This document shows, piece after piece, positions 8,411-16,964 of a stretch of 64,000 bases of DNA. Made by a program: the position numbers and the translations under genes. Source of the stretch: Verrucomicrobiales bacterium (GTDB lineage: Bacteria; Verrucomicrobiota; Verrucomicrobiia; Verrucomicrobiales; SLCJ01); NCBI GenBank assembly GCA_046075565.1, contig JBJTQJ010000052.1, positions 75,912-139,911 on the forward strand, written 5' to 3'. Within the stretch, counting starts at the first letter, position 1. The number at the start of each line of letters is the position of its first letter. The notes beneath the pieces were generated by a model. It searched no databases. It worked only from the letters and a program-made list of their open reading frames with translations, and was not told the origin of the DNA.

Positions 8411-8973
8411 CCATCGAGCAACTTGCATGTGCTGTTCTGGATGCCTGTGAGGCCGAGGGGGTCGATCACATGCTCACCGGCGCCTTCGCGCACGGGCTCT
8501 ATGGTATCCCACGTTCGACAAAGGATGTGGACGTCGTGCTCAGTATCACTGCCGACGACTCGATCACGAAAGTGGTCAAGCGGCTCGATGGCATCGTCCT
8601 ATTCGAACCCCAGGTCCAGTTTGACACCCTCATGTGGGGCAGGCGCCTTGTAGGAGAGTCCATTGGCACACCTCCCTTCCAAGTCGAACTTTTCGAGTTA
8701 TTCGACGATCCTTTTGTCCTTTCCCAGTTCAAGCGGAGGCGGCGAATGGTCTCCGCCCAGATCCAGCGCGAGACGTGGCTGCCCACGCCCGAGGACGTCA
8801 TCGTGCAAAAGCTCCGCTGGGGCCGGAACAAGGACCTCGATGACGCCCGCGACGTGCTCGCCGTGCAGGGACCGGAAACTCTCGATATAACCTACATCGA
8901 GCACTGGTGCAGCCAGCACGGCACCGTCGCCCGACTCCAGGAAGCTCTCGCCGGCATCCCGCCGCTCGATTGA
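8407..8973 (+). CDS. Pol-beta superfamily nucleotidyltransferase (AbiEii/DUF1814-like)
   Basis: TGAFAHGLYGIPRSTKDVD and PEDVIVQKL...RNKDLDD motifs. Confidence 0.8.
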   Translation: MTIEQLACAVLDACEAEGVDHMLTGAFAHGLYGIPRSTKDVDVVLSITADDSITKVVKRLDGIVLFEPQVQFDTLMWGRRLVGESIGTPPFQVELFELFDDPFVLSQFKRRRRMVSAQIQRETWLPTPEDVIVQKLRWGRNKDLDDARDVLAVQGPETLDITYIEHWCSQHGTVARLQEALAGIPPLD

Positions 8974-9177
8974 CTTTTCCATCGGGGCAGCGTGGGAAAT
9001 CCTCGCCGTTTTCGGTGGACATCTCACCCTATTCTTGGTAAATCGCACATGAGATGGTCTTACCCGAAGAACCGCTGTCTCCCGATGTCGGGCTGGCTCG
9101 TCCGTTCCCGATTCCGCAAGGACTGAAAGCCGGGCATCTCACCGGTCACCATTTTCGGCCATTCTCCGCGCCATTGC

Positions 9178-9257
9178 GATCACGACAGGATTGTCGTGGC
9201 TCCAAACCTGAACAGCGACACGCGGATGTTCGGAGCAACCAAAATCCTGTGGTTGCC
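9178..9257. repeat. Inverted pair of REP-like hairpins (GGAGC...AATCCTGT family)
   Basis: Reverse complement of 9178-9203 (GGAGCCACGACAATCCTGTCGTGATC) resembles 9232-9257 (GGAGCAACCAAAATCCTGTGGTTGCC); each is self-complementary. Confidence 0.6.
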
Positions 9258-9350
9258 GAAAAAGCCAAGAGCAAGAGAAGCCTCGCTCATGTCCCCTGTC
9301 GCCCTCCACATGACTCTCCGGGAAGTTTGACGCCGCATGGGGCCTCGCTC

Positions 9351-9846
9351 ATGATTTTGGTATAAATGTCATCACTGCAATGGTGCGCTCGATGTGGGAC
9401 TTTCTTTCTGCCCCTATTGCGGGGTGCGCGCCGATGTTGATTTGCGGCAGGTGCATTTCCGAGATCTCGGACCGACAGAAGGGCAGAAATGTCCCTCGTG
9501 CAGCGGCAAACTCGGAGGCATCGAGTTTCCCGGCAAGACGCCGATCGTGATCGAGCGTTGTCTTTCCTGCCATGGCATGTTTTTCAATCCGGGGGAGCTG
9601 GAAGCCGGAGGACTGCGGCGGCTCATGGAGTGGTGGCGCGTGGGTGGAAAGCTCGTTTACGAGCAACACCAACACGAAAAAGCCCGGATTCTTTATGGCA
9701 AATCGGAGACCCCGACCTTCCACAAATCGGTCGAACCGGCGTCCTCCTGGCTGCCAAAAGAATCGAAGACGCCCGAGTATCCGATATACTCCGGCTGGGA
9801 GGATATCGTGGTCTGTCTACTGGAAGGGTGGCTTTCGAATGGCTGA
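9351..9846 (+). pseudogene. zf-TFIIB-type zinc-ribbon protein, frameshifted near the start and probably internally deleted
   Basis: ATG ATT TTG GTA [T] AAA TGT CAT CAC TGC: one extra base separates MILV from KCHHC...CPYC...CPSC...CLSCHGMFFNPGEL. Confidence 0.6.
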
Positions 9847-9943
9847 GTCGGGACAGAAAAAGGATGGAGGTGTCCGAAAATGGGAAATTTTGCTGGAAGA
9901 AGCCACGTTGTCCTGCTAGATGATGAATAAGGAGGTAAGAATT

Positions 9944-10834
9944 ATGAGATTCCAACAAATTGTCGTAGGGGTAGATTTTTCGCCGAACAGTCGCCAGGCG
10001 CTCAGGGAAGCGGCGCGTGTGCGCCGGGACAGCCACACCGGAGTGGTGGCCGTGCACATCATCGAAAAATCGCTGGTCGAGGACCTGAAAAAGCACGCCA
10101 AGATGACTGAAGAAGTGATTCAGCAGCAGGCTGAGAAACGTCTTTCGTATTGGCTGGCGGAATTCCTGGGTTCCGACCACGGTGTGGCAAGCGAGGCCGT
10201 GATTGCCCATCCCTTCGAGGGAATCATACACGCGGTGGAACGCCACCAAGCCGATCTGCTCGTGCTCGGATCACGCGGCATGGAGGCGGACGGCGGTCAC
10301 CCGGGAGCGGTGGCGAGCAAATGCATCCGCAAGACGCCCGTCGATGTGTTGCTCGTCCGGCGAGCCCAGGATGGGCCATTCCAACGTGTGGTCGCGTGCC
10401 TCGAATTCACGGAGACCTCGGCGCGGGCTTTGGAATGCGCGATTGCCGTCGCAACGGCGGACGGTGCGGTGTGCGAGGCGCTGCATGTGCATGTTCCTCT
10501 CGTGCTCGGCGATATCGCCCTCGATCCATTTCCACCATCCGAGTCCGTGCAACTGCACGACAACCGGGACCAGGCCGCGCGTGCTGAATTTGAAGCGTTC
10601 GTGGCCAAGTATGGGAAAAGCGAAGATGGCGTCGTGGTCATGCCGAATTTCCAGACCGCCGCCAGTCCGACCGATGGCATCATCGACCACTTGCGCCAAA
10701 GCAAAGCAGACCTGGCCGTGCTCGGCACACGCGGACGTTCCGGCTTGCGAGCCTTCCTGCTCGGCACCACCGCCGAACGGCTCGTGCACGATGCCCCATG
10801 CTCCTTGCTCGTGGTCAAAGAGCACAAGGCCTGA
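9944..10834 (+). CDS. Universal stress protein (tandem USP domains)
   Basis: IVVGVDFS, ADLLVLGSRG and LGTRGRSGLRAFLLGTTAERLV; AAGGAGG SD at 9929-9935. Confidence 0.93.
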   Translation: MRFQQIVVGVDFSPNSRQALREAARVRRDSHTGVVAVHIIEKSLVEDLKKHAKMTEEVIQQQAEKRLSYWLAEFLGSDHGVASEAVIAHPFEGIIHAVERHQADLLVLGSRGMEADGGHPGAVASKCIRKTPVDVLLVRRAQDGPFQRVVACLEFTETSARALECAIAVATADGAVCEALHVHVPLVLGDIALDPFPPSESVQLHDNRDQAARAEFEAFVAKYGKSEDGVVVMPNFQTAASPTDGIIDHLRQSKADLAVLGTRGRSGLRAFLLGTTAERLVHDAPCSLLVVKEHKA

Positions 10835-10855
10835 GACCCTAGCATCGGAGGGGTT

Positions 10856-10896
10856 CCCAATCCCGACGGGATTGTGTCCCGGAGCCCGGGGTTGCC
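10856..10896 (+). repeat. REP-like repeat family A (partial copy)
   Basis: CCCAATCCCGACGGGATTGTGTCCCGGAGCCCGGGGTTGCC matches the reverse complement of ~13499-13540 and part of 12765-12785. Confidence 0.75.
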
Positions 10897-10973
10897 ACGT
10901 GCATCGGACAATTTTGCTATTCAAATGCCCATAGGTTACAGGGACTGAAATGCTCAACTTGGCGCGTAGGCCC

Positions 10974-11065
10974 GTAGCGGCACCGCTTCCGGTGCCGGGC
11001 GAAGGACGCTCCACCTCCTCTGAGCCGCGAGGTCCCCACCTCGGAACGCGAAGGCGTTCCGCTAC
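10974..11065. repeat. GTAG-type REP doublet (REPIN-like)
   Basis: GTAGCGGCACCGCTTCCGGTGCCG at 10974 and inverted GTAGCGGAACGCCTTCGCGTTCCG ending at 11065. Confidence 0.7.
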
Positions 11066-11226
11066 TGGGAGAAATTCTTAACTGGACGCGTATGCCCGGT
11101 TGGATTCAATCCTTGACTGTCTCTGCTCCATCGAATGCACCAACGGCAGATTCAGAGCAAGACGCTATAACTCCACTCGATTTCCCGATGATCGTTGTTC
11201 CTTGGGATCTGTTAGTCGGGCCGCGG

Positions 11227-11616
11227 TCAGCGGCGCACCAGGCCGAGGAAAGCCCGGCGTTCCGTCCAGAGCAGGAAGAGAGAGGAGGCCGCGAGAAAGA
11301 GCATGATCGGACCGAATAACCCCTCTCCCTTGAGCAGGAATGCGTGGAAAGCGGCGATGTTCAAGATGATCGGCCCGAGCACGAGCAGGCCGAGATTCCT
11401 GGTCAGGGGAATGACGACGAGCAATCCTCCGATCACCTCCAACACTTTCACGAACCCAAGGTATCCGGTCGGGAACAACGCGCCCATGAAAAGGGCGGGA
11501 GGTGAGCCCTCCGGCGGAGGCGGAGGCATGGGCATGAATTGCAGGAAGTAATTGAGTCCGAAGACAATGAAGAGGAGGCCGAGAAGGCCGGCGATAACGT
11601 GGGCTGCGATTTTCAT
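11227..11616 (-). CDS. DoxX-like membrane protein
   Basis: Four TM segments; VFGLNYFL, LEVIGGLL, LGPIILNIAAFH. Confidence 0.8.
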   Translation of the reverse strand: MKIAAHVIAGLLGLLFIVFGLNYFLQFMPMPPPPPEGSPPALFMGALFPTGYLGFVKVLEVIGGLLVVIPLTRNLGLLVLGPIILNIAAFHAFLLKGEGLFGPIMLFLAASSLFLLWTERRAFLGLVRR

Positions 11617-11670
11617 ATTGAATGGATGGGGGGCAGATGTGGAATGTGGACTTGGGGTCGATAGGGCGGT

Positions 11671-12387
11671 TCAGGCGAGATCAAAAAGCAAGCCTTCGGA
11701 ACCAGCTTCACCGGTGATCTCCAGTTCGCCCGCTTCCTCGGTGCTTACGGCATCACCTTCACGGAGCGGCACGCCATTGACGGTGAATTGTCCGCGGGCG
11801 GCATGGAGCCAAATCCCGCGTCCGGGTTTCACCTCATGGGTTACCGACTCTCCGACGCGTGGACGAAGCAGGAAAACCTCGGCATCCTGGAAGATGACGG
11901 CGGAGCTATCGCGGCCGTCCGGAGAGATGACCAGGGTTTTGGCGGCGGCCGGACCGGAGGCGGGTTTCCATTCGGTGTAGCGGGGTTCGAGTCCGCGGGT
12001 GTGCGGCTCGATCCAGATTTGCAGGAAATGGGCCGAATCGGTCGGAGACGGGTTGTATTCGCTATGGCGCACGCCGCGCCCCGCACCCATGAGCTGGATT
12101 TCTCCGGGCCCGAGGATGCGCCCATTGCCCATGCTGTCCTGGTGCTGCAGTTTGCCCTCGAGCACATAGGAAAAGATTTCCATGTCGCGGTGAGGGTGGG
12201 TGGGAAAACCCCCTCCGGGCGCGACGCGGTCATCATTGATCACACGCAGGGAACGGAAACCCGTGTGGCGGGGATCAAAATAGTCGGCGAAGGAGAAGGT
12301 ATGATGGCTGTTTAACCATCCGTGATTGGCATGACCGCGGTCATTGGCCAGACGAACGGTGAGTCGGGGAGTCGAGTTGGTTTTCAT
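11671..12387 (-). CDS. Pirin family protein (YhhW-like)
   Basis: RGHANHGWLNSHHTFSF, HPHRDMEIFSYV, GVRHSEYN, LQIWI. Confidence 0.95.
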   Translation of the reverse strand: MKTNSTPRLTVRLANDRGHANHGWLNSHHTFSFADYFDPRHTGFRSLRVINDDRVAPGGGFPTHPHRDMEIFSYVLEGKLQHQDSMGNGRILGPGEIQLMGAGRGVRHSEYNPSPTDSAHFLQIWIEPHTRGLEPRYTEWKPASGPAAAKTLVISPDGRDSSAVIFQDAEVFLLRPRVGESVTHEVKPGRGIWLHAARGQFTVNGVPLREGDAVSTEEAGELEITGEAGSEGLLFDLA

Positions 12388-12529
12388 AACGAGTTGAGTA
12401 TTTCATCGAGCCGGCTTTTCCGCCAATGCCGATTCGTTGGGCTGGGTCAACCCGCCAGGCATAGCAAACTTTGGGGGAGGAAAGAGATTTTCCATCGGCC
12501 CGGATGGCGTTATCATGCGCTTCACAGGC

Positions 12530-12766
12530 ATGTTCGAACTGCGTCATCTCAAATACTTCGTGGCCGTGGCCGAAGAAGGCAGCATCAACCGCGCCGCCGC
12601 CCGGTTGCGTCTAACCCAACCGGCGCTGAGCCGTCAGATCCGTGCCTTGGAAGATGAAGTGGGCGAATGCCTGCTTTCCCGCACGGGAAACTCCATCCGT
12701 CTCACCGAAGCCGGCCAACTCTTGCTCGGGGAAGCCCGGGGCGTGCTCGAACGGGCCGAATCCGCC
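12530..12766 (+). pseudogene. LysR family regulator, HTH only, truncated at a repeat cluster
   Basis: ELRHLKYFVAVAEEGSINRAAARLRLTQPALSRQIRALE...LTEAG; similarity stops where the family A repeat begins; divergent from pirin. Confidence 0.85.
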
Positions 12767-12806
12767 CCAAAGCCCGGGGTTGCCCCGTGCGCGGGGCTAC
12801 CCCGGG
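12765..12806 (+). repeat. REP-like repeat family A
   Basis: CCCCAAAGCCCGGGGTTGCCCCGTGCGCGGGGCTACCCCGGG hairpin. Confidence 0.75.
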
Positions 12807-12828
12807 AAAACCATCCCCTGCAGAAAAC

Positions 12829-12930
12829 AACCCTCATCGGGAAGTCGTTTGTTTTTGCTCTGCGGCGACGTGTTTCACCAGACCAAATTCCCATTAGCAT
12901 TGTTCCGGTATCTACCGGTATGGACGCTGC
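12829..12930 (+). repeat. ~100-nt direct repeat, copy 1
   Basis: About 11 differences from 13316-13417 by manual alignment. Confidence 0.9.
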
Positions 12931-13117
12931 CTGTGAGCATTCCTCGGAGTCGTAAGAAGACCGTTGAGGCCTTCGAAGCCCTGGCGAAGTAGGCCCGGTC
13001 TTGCCCTGGGATCTGTCGCCGGAAGGTCCAGAACGACATCAAGATATCGACCTTGCGGAAGCTTTCGGCGAAATGACTTCGGATTGACGATTGGTTGAAA
13101 AGCGTTCGACATCCGTC

Positions 13118-13220
13118 CCCAAAGCGGTGTCATCCCCGACAGGTCGGGGTTGCCACCGCACTCCAACACACTCGCTTGGGCAGTCGCTGTGTTGGACTGC
13201 GCCGGCTGTGACAACGCTTT
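13118..13220. repeat. REP-like repeat family B (AAAGCG...CGCACTCC), two arms
   Basis: CCCAAAGCGGTGTCATCCCCGACAGGTCGGGGTTGCCACCGCACTCCA is nearly identical to 45087-45134; inverted arm TTGGACTGCGCCGGC...CGCTTT at 13192-13220. Confidence 0.8.
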
Positions 13221-13315
13221 CGGTTGTGGAGCACGGCGACTCGTGCGGCACCCCGCACGAAATGGCCTCACTCACTTGTAGGGCCCCGACGGCGTCGGGG
13301 CTACGCTTGACATGG

Positions 13316-13417
13316 AACCTCATTGGGAAATTGATTGTTTTTGCCCTGCGGCGGCGTGTTTCACCAGACCAACTTCCCAGTAGCATTGTTCCGGTATCTA
13401 CCGGTTATGGAGGCTGC
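13316..13417 (+). repeat. ~100-nt direct repeat, copy 2
   Basis: Matches 12829-12930; contains the CCGGTA-TC-TACCGG hairpin. Confidence 0.9.
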
Positions 13418-13477
13418 AAGGGTTGCGTCCAAAGGGGGCACAACCCTTACAGGGTTGCTGATCTTTGGTTTGGACCT

Positions 13478-13540
13478 CCCTGGGTAGCCCCGCAAGCGGG
13501 GCAACCCAGGGCTCTGGGACACAATCCCTTCGGGATAGGG
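13478..13540 (-). repeat. REP-like repeat family A, inverted copy
   Basis: Reverse complement reads CCCTATCCCGAAGGGATTGTGTCCCAGAGCCCTGGGTTGCCCCGCTTGCGGGGCTACCC. Confidence 0.75.
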
Positions 13541-13662
13541 AAGAACCCAGAGGATTAGGAAAAAGAGCAGTTCATCTTGTGGGTGAGAGAATACCCACAC
13601 ACAAGCCTCTGGGTTTCAATTTCTTCTTCGTGTTACTTCGTGTCCATTCGTGGTTTCTTTCT

Positions 13663-14856
13663 TTATTTCGCCGACGGAAGAATATCCCCTACGACCAACA
13701 GAGGACCCACATAGTAAGTCATGTTTTCCGGCAGTTTCGTGATCTCGAATCGCACGGTGTGCTCACCTGGCTTCATCTCGGGCAAGAAAAAGAATCTGCC
13801 CATCCTCTGCTCGGCACGATAAGTCTCCTTCCGCGAAATCACCACCGGCCCCTTGCCATCAATGAAGGCGGAAACCCTTGTCTCCTCGGGTCCCGGTAGA
13901 TCGATGAAGCCCGCTGTCGTCCCTTTGAATCGTATCGTCAACGTCGCGCCTTGAGCGGAGGTCTTAACCGCCGCAGGGAACATCGACGAGGATCGATCTT
14001 GCCCGCGCGCGATGATGGGATCCTTGGCCACATCCACCGGCGACCAGTTTCCACCGAGGGAAGCCGCTTTGATAGGCACCAACTTCGCTTTGTTCCACGA
14101 ACCAGCGTCCAACGGCGCGGGCAGACGATGCGCACCTGCGGTGCCGACCTTTTTCATGGCGGCAAACGACCTTACGATGACATCTCGATAGATATCATGA
14201 CCTATCTCGCCGGGATGTGTGCCATCTTCGGCGAAGATCCTCTTGCCCTCCTCCTTCTTCCCTTTGAAGACCAGCGACCGATCTTTCACCTGACGCGTGA
14301 CTTCGAGCCCGAAGTCAATGGTCGGAATCCCGTAATGGTTTGCCACGCCTTCCATGATCGAGCCGAAGGCAACATTCCTGCCCGAGGAAAGCGCCGACAC
14401 CATGCGTTCGCTGATCGTGTAAACGAAGCAGATATCGGTCGTCGGATCGTTGGTCCAAATCTGCCGGACAATTCCCTCCATCGACTTGAGATCCCCGCCA
14501 TTGACCCGGAACTCGACAAATACCAGGTCGGGCTTGTGCTGGAGCACATGACCGCCGAGACGGCAGGCCCCATAAGTGGAACCGGTTCCGGAAACGGCGG
14601 CGTTGATTTCAATAACATTCGTCTTTGCATTCGCCGCCTTGAAATGGGCGAGGGTCTTGACTCGCCATCCCTCGGCCTTGGTTATGCTCCCCCCGAGATA
14701 AGCAATGCGCACATCGCCGCCCCGATCCAGCTTGGCGAAGAAATTGGGCAATCCATCCCTCGCCCGAAGCTCTTCCGCGAGCTTAACATCGAAGTCAGTT
14801 GCCGCCCGCAGAAATCCGGGAATCAGCGCAATGCAAAACAATATCAGATTTCTCAT
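13663..14856 (-). CDS. Secreted SGNH/GDSL hydrolase
   Basis: YLGGSIT, NAAVSGTGS, VEFRVN and DGTHP motifs; signal peptide; AAGGAG SD. Confidence 0.88.
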   Translation of the reverse strand: MRNLILFCIALIPGFLRAATDFDVKLAEELRARDGLPNFFAKLDRGGDVRIAYLGGSITKAEGWRVKTLAHFKAANAKTNVIEINAAVSGTGSTYGACRLGGHVLQHKPDLVFVEFRVNGGDLKSMEGIVRQIWTNDPTTDICFVYTISERMVSALSSGRNVAFGSIMEGVANHYGIPTIDFGLEVTRQVKDRSLVFKGKKEEGKRIFAEDGTHPGEIGHDIYRDVIVRSFAAMKKVGTAGAHRLPAPLDAGSWNKAKLVPIKAASLGGNWSPVDVAKDPIIARGQDRSSSMFPAAVKTSAQGATLTIRFKGTTAGFIDLPGPEETRVSAFIDGKGPVVISRKETYRAEQRMGRFFFLPEMKPGEHTVRFEITKLPENMTYYVGPLLVVGDILPSAK

Positions 14857-14964
14857 GGTGCTCTCCTTGGTCGCAGGAAATGGGTTCCTCATCATGCCTG
14901 ATTCTCTCGCCATCGCAACATCGGATGTGCGCCACCAGTTCCAGGTGGGCGGGTGAAACCAACT

Positions 14965-15975
14965 TCAGATCCCTGGCATGAGTTTCACGCGATCCCAGTC
15001 GGAGGGTTCGAGGCAGCAAGGGTCGCGGCGGACGAAGTGGCCGGGTTCGATTTCCACGAGAGGCATGTCGAGGCCGACGGTTTCCTGGTAACGCGGGTGA
15101 GCGATGCGGTGGCCAAAGGCGCTGCCGGCCGGCGGATCGATAGGCGAGGGCACATCTCCTTCGAGCAGGACCCGCTGGGGCTGTCTTTCCGGATCCGGCA
15201 CGGGAATCGCGGAGAGCAGGGCCTTGGTGTAGGCGTGGCGTGGACCATGGTAGATGGTTTCCGCGTCGGCCAGTTCGACGATCTGGCCGAGATACATGAC
15301 GGCAACGCGGTCGGACACGTGTTTCACGACGGCGAGGTCATGGGCGATGAAGAGATAGGCCATGCCCATCTCACGCTGGAGGTCGAGCATGAGATTCAGC
15401 ACCTGACTCTGGATGGAAACATCAAGCGCGGATACCGGTTCATCGGCGATGATGAGGCGTGGCTTGAGCGCGATGGCGCGGGCGATGCCGATGCGTTGGC
15501 GTTGGCCGCCCGAGAACTCGAAGGGGAAACGGTCGGCGGCTCCTGATGGTAAACCCACTTTTTCGAGCAATTCTTGCACCCACATTCTCCGCTCCGCGCG
15601 TGTGCCGAGATTCTGGATCTCGAACGGTTCGGAAAGAATGTCTCCGATGGAGAAGCGCGGGTTGAGGCTCTCCGCGGGATCCTGGAAGATCATCTGGATG
15701 TCACGGCGCAGAGGACGGAGCGCGCGGCTGGAGAGCAAATTCAGATCGATTCCGTCGAAGCGAACATCGCCGGATGTGGCCCGATGCAAACGCACGATGG
15801 CTTTTCCGAGCGTGGACTTGCCGCATCCGCTCTCGCCGACCAGCCCGAGGGTTTCGCCGGTCTCAAGGCGCAGGCTCACATCCCGCACGGCCTTACACCA
15901 TTTGCGGGTGCGCATGAGGACCCCGCCCTTGACCGGGAAGTTCACGGAAAGATGTTTTACATCGAGCAGGGGCAT
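14965..15975 (-). CDS. Oligopeptide ABC transporter ATP-binding protein (OppF/DppF-like)
   Basis: GESGCGKST, FSGGQRQR, ADEPVSALD and oligo-HPY-type C-terminus. Confidence 0.95.
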   Translation of the reverse strand: MPLLDVKHLSVNFPVKGGVLMRTRKWCKAVRDVSLRLETGETLGLVGESGCGKSTLGKAIVRLHRATSGDVRFDGIDLNLLSSRALRPLRRDIQMIFQDPAESLNPRFSIGDILSEPFEIQNLGTRAERRMWVQELLEKVGLPSGAADRFPFEFSGGQRQRIGIARAIALKPRLIIADEPVSALDVSIQSQVLNLMLDLQREMGMAYLFIAHDLAVVKHVSDRVAVMYLGQIVELADAETIYHGPRHAYTKALLSAIPVPDPERQPQRVLLEGDVPSPIDPPAGSAFGHRIAHPRYQETVGLDMPLVEIEPGHFVRRDPCCLEPSDWDRVKLMPGI

Positions 15976-15983
15976 GAGGTCTG

Positions 15984-16964
15984 TTAGGAGCGGGCGGTGC
16001 AAATCGGGCAACCCTCGACCCAATGGCCGGGGGCGATTTCCATCATGGGATAGCGGGTTTCCAGGGTTTCTCCCTCGCGTCCCATACGCTGGCAGAACCG
16101 GCAGCCGGGCACGAGTTGATGGAGCGGGGCCACCATGCCCGGAATCACCGGCAGGCGGCTCTTTCTCGGTGTTTCGAGACGCGGCATTGAAGCGAGCAGC
16201 CCGCGGGTGTAAGCATGGGAGGGATTGCGGAAAAGGGTCTTCGCGGGAGCGCGTTCCACCACGCGGCCGGCATACATCACGACCACTTCGTCGCAGGTCT
16301 CGGCAATCACCCCGAGGTCGTGGGTGATCATGATAATCGACATACCGACTTCCTTTTGCAGCGATTTCAGCAACTCGAGAATCTGCGCCTGCACAGTCAC
16401 GTCCAGCGCGGTGGTCGGTTCGTCGGCGATGAGCAAGGCGGGTTTGAGGGCGAGCGCAATGGCAATGCCGACCCGCTGGCGCATGCCGCCGGAAAGCTGG
16501 TGCGGGTATTCCATGGCCCGGATCTCCGGCGCGGGAATGCCCACCTTGTCGAGCACCTCAATGGTCTGCTTCCACGCTTCCGCTTTGGTAGCTTTGCCGT
16601 GGGTGAGGAAAACCTCGCTGACCTGGCGTCCGATGCGATGCACCGGATTGAGCGCGGTCATTGGTTCTTGGAAAATGACCCCGATGCCTTGGCCGCGGAT
16701 CGTCCGCATTTCCTCGTCGCTGGCGGTTGCCAGATCCTTGCCTTGGAAAAGGACTTGTCCGGCGGCGATGCTCCCGGAAGGTTGGGGCAAAAGGCGGGTG
16801 ATGCTCATGGCGGTCACACTTTTGCCGCACCCGCTTTCCCCGACGATGCCGACCGTCTTGCCACGCGGCACGGAAAAACTCACCCCATCCACCGCCGTCA
16901 GCAATCCGGCGTCGGTGGCGAAAGTGGTGCGCAAATCGCGCAGTTCTAACAGCGTCTCGCTCAC
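15984..16964 (-). CDS. Oligopeptide ABC transporter ATP-binding protein (OppD/DppD-like)
   Basis: GESGCGKSVT, LSGGMRQR, DEPTTALD. Confidence 0.95.
   Translation of the reverse strand: MSETLLELRDLRTTFATDAGLLTAVDGVSFSVPRGKTVGIVGESGCGKSVTAMSITRLLPQPSGSIAAGQVLFQGKDLATASDEEMRTIRGQGIGVIFQEPMTALNPVHRIGRQVSEVFLTHGKATKAEAWKQTIEVLDKVGIPAPEIRAMEYPHQLSGGMRQRVGIAIALALKPALLIADEPTTALDVTVQAQILELLKSLQKEVGMSIIMITHDLGVIAETCDEVVVMYAGRVVERAPAKTLFRNPSHAYTRGLLASMPRLETPRKSRLPVIPGMVAPLHQLVPGCRFCQRMGREGETLETRYPMMEIAPGHWVEGCPICTARS

Noticed and set aside
12765-13540. Possible CRISPR array or integron cassette array
   Set aside because: Only two ~100-nt repeats with no regular spacers, no cas or intI gene and no clear attC RYYYAAC/GTTRRRY ends
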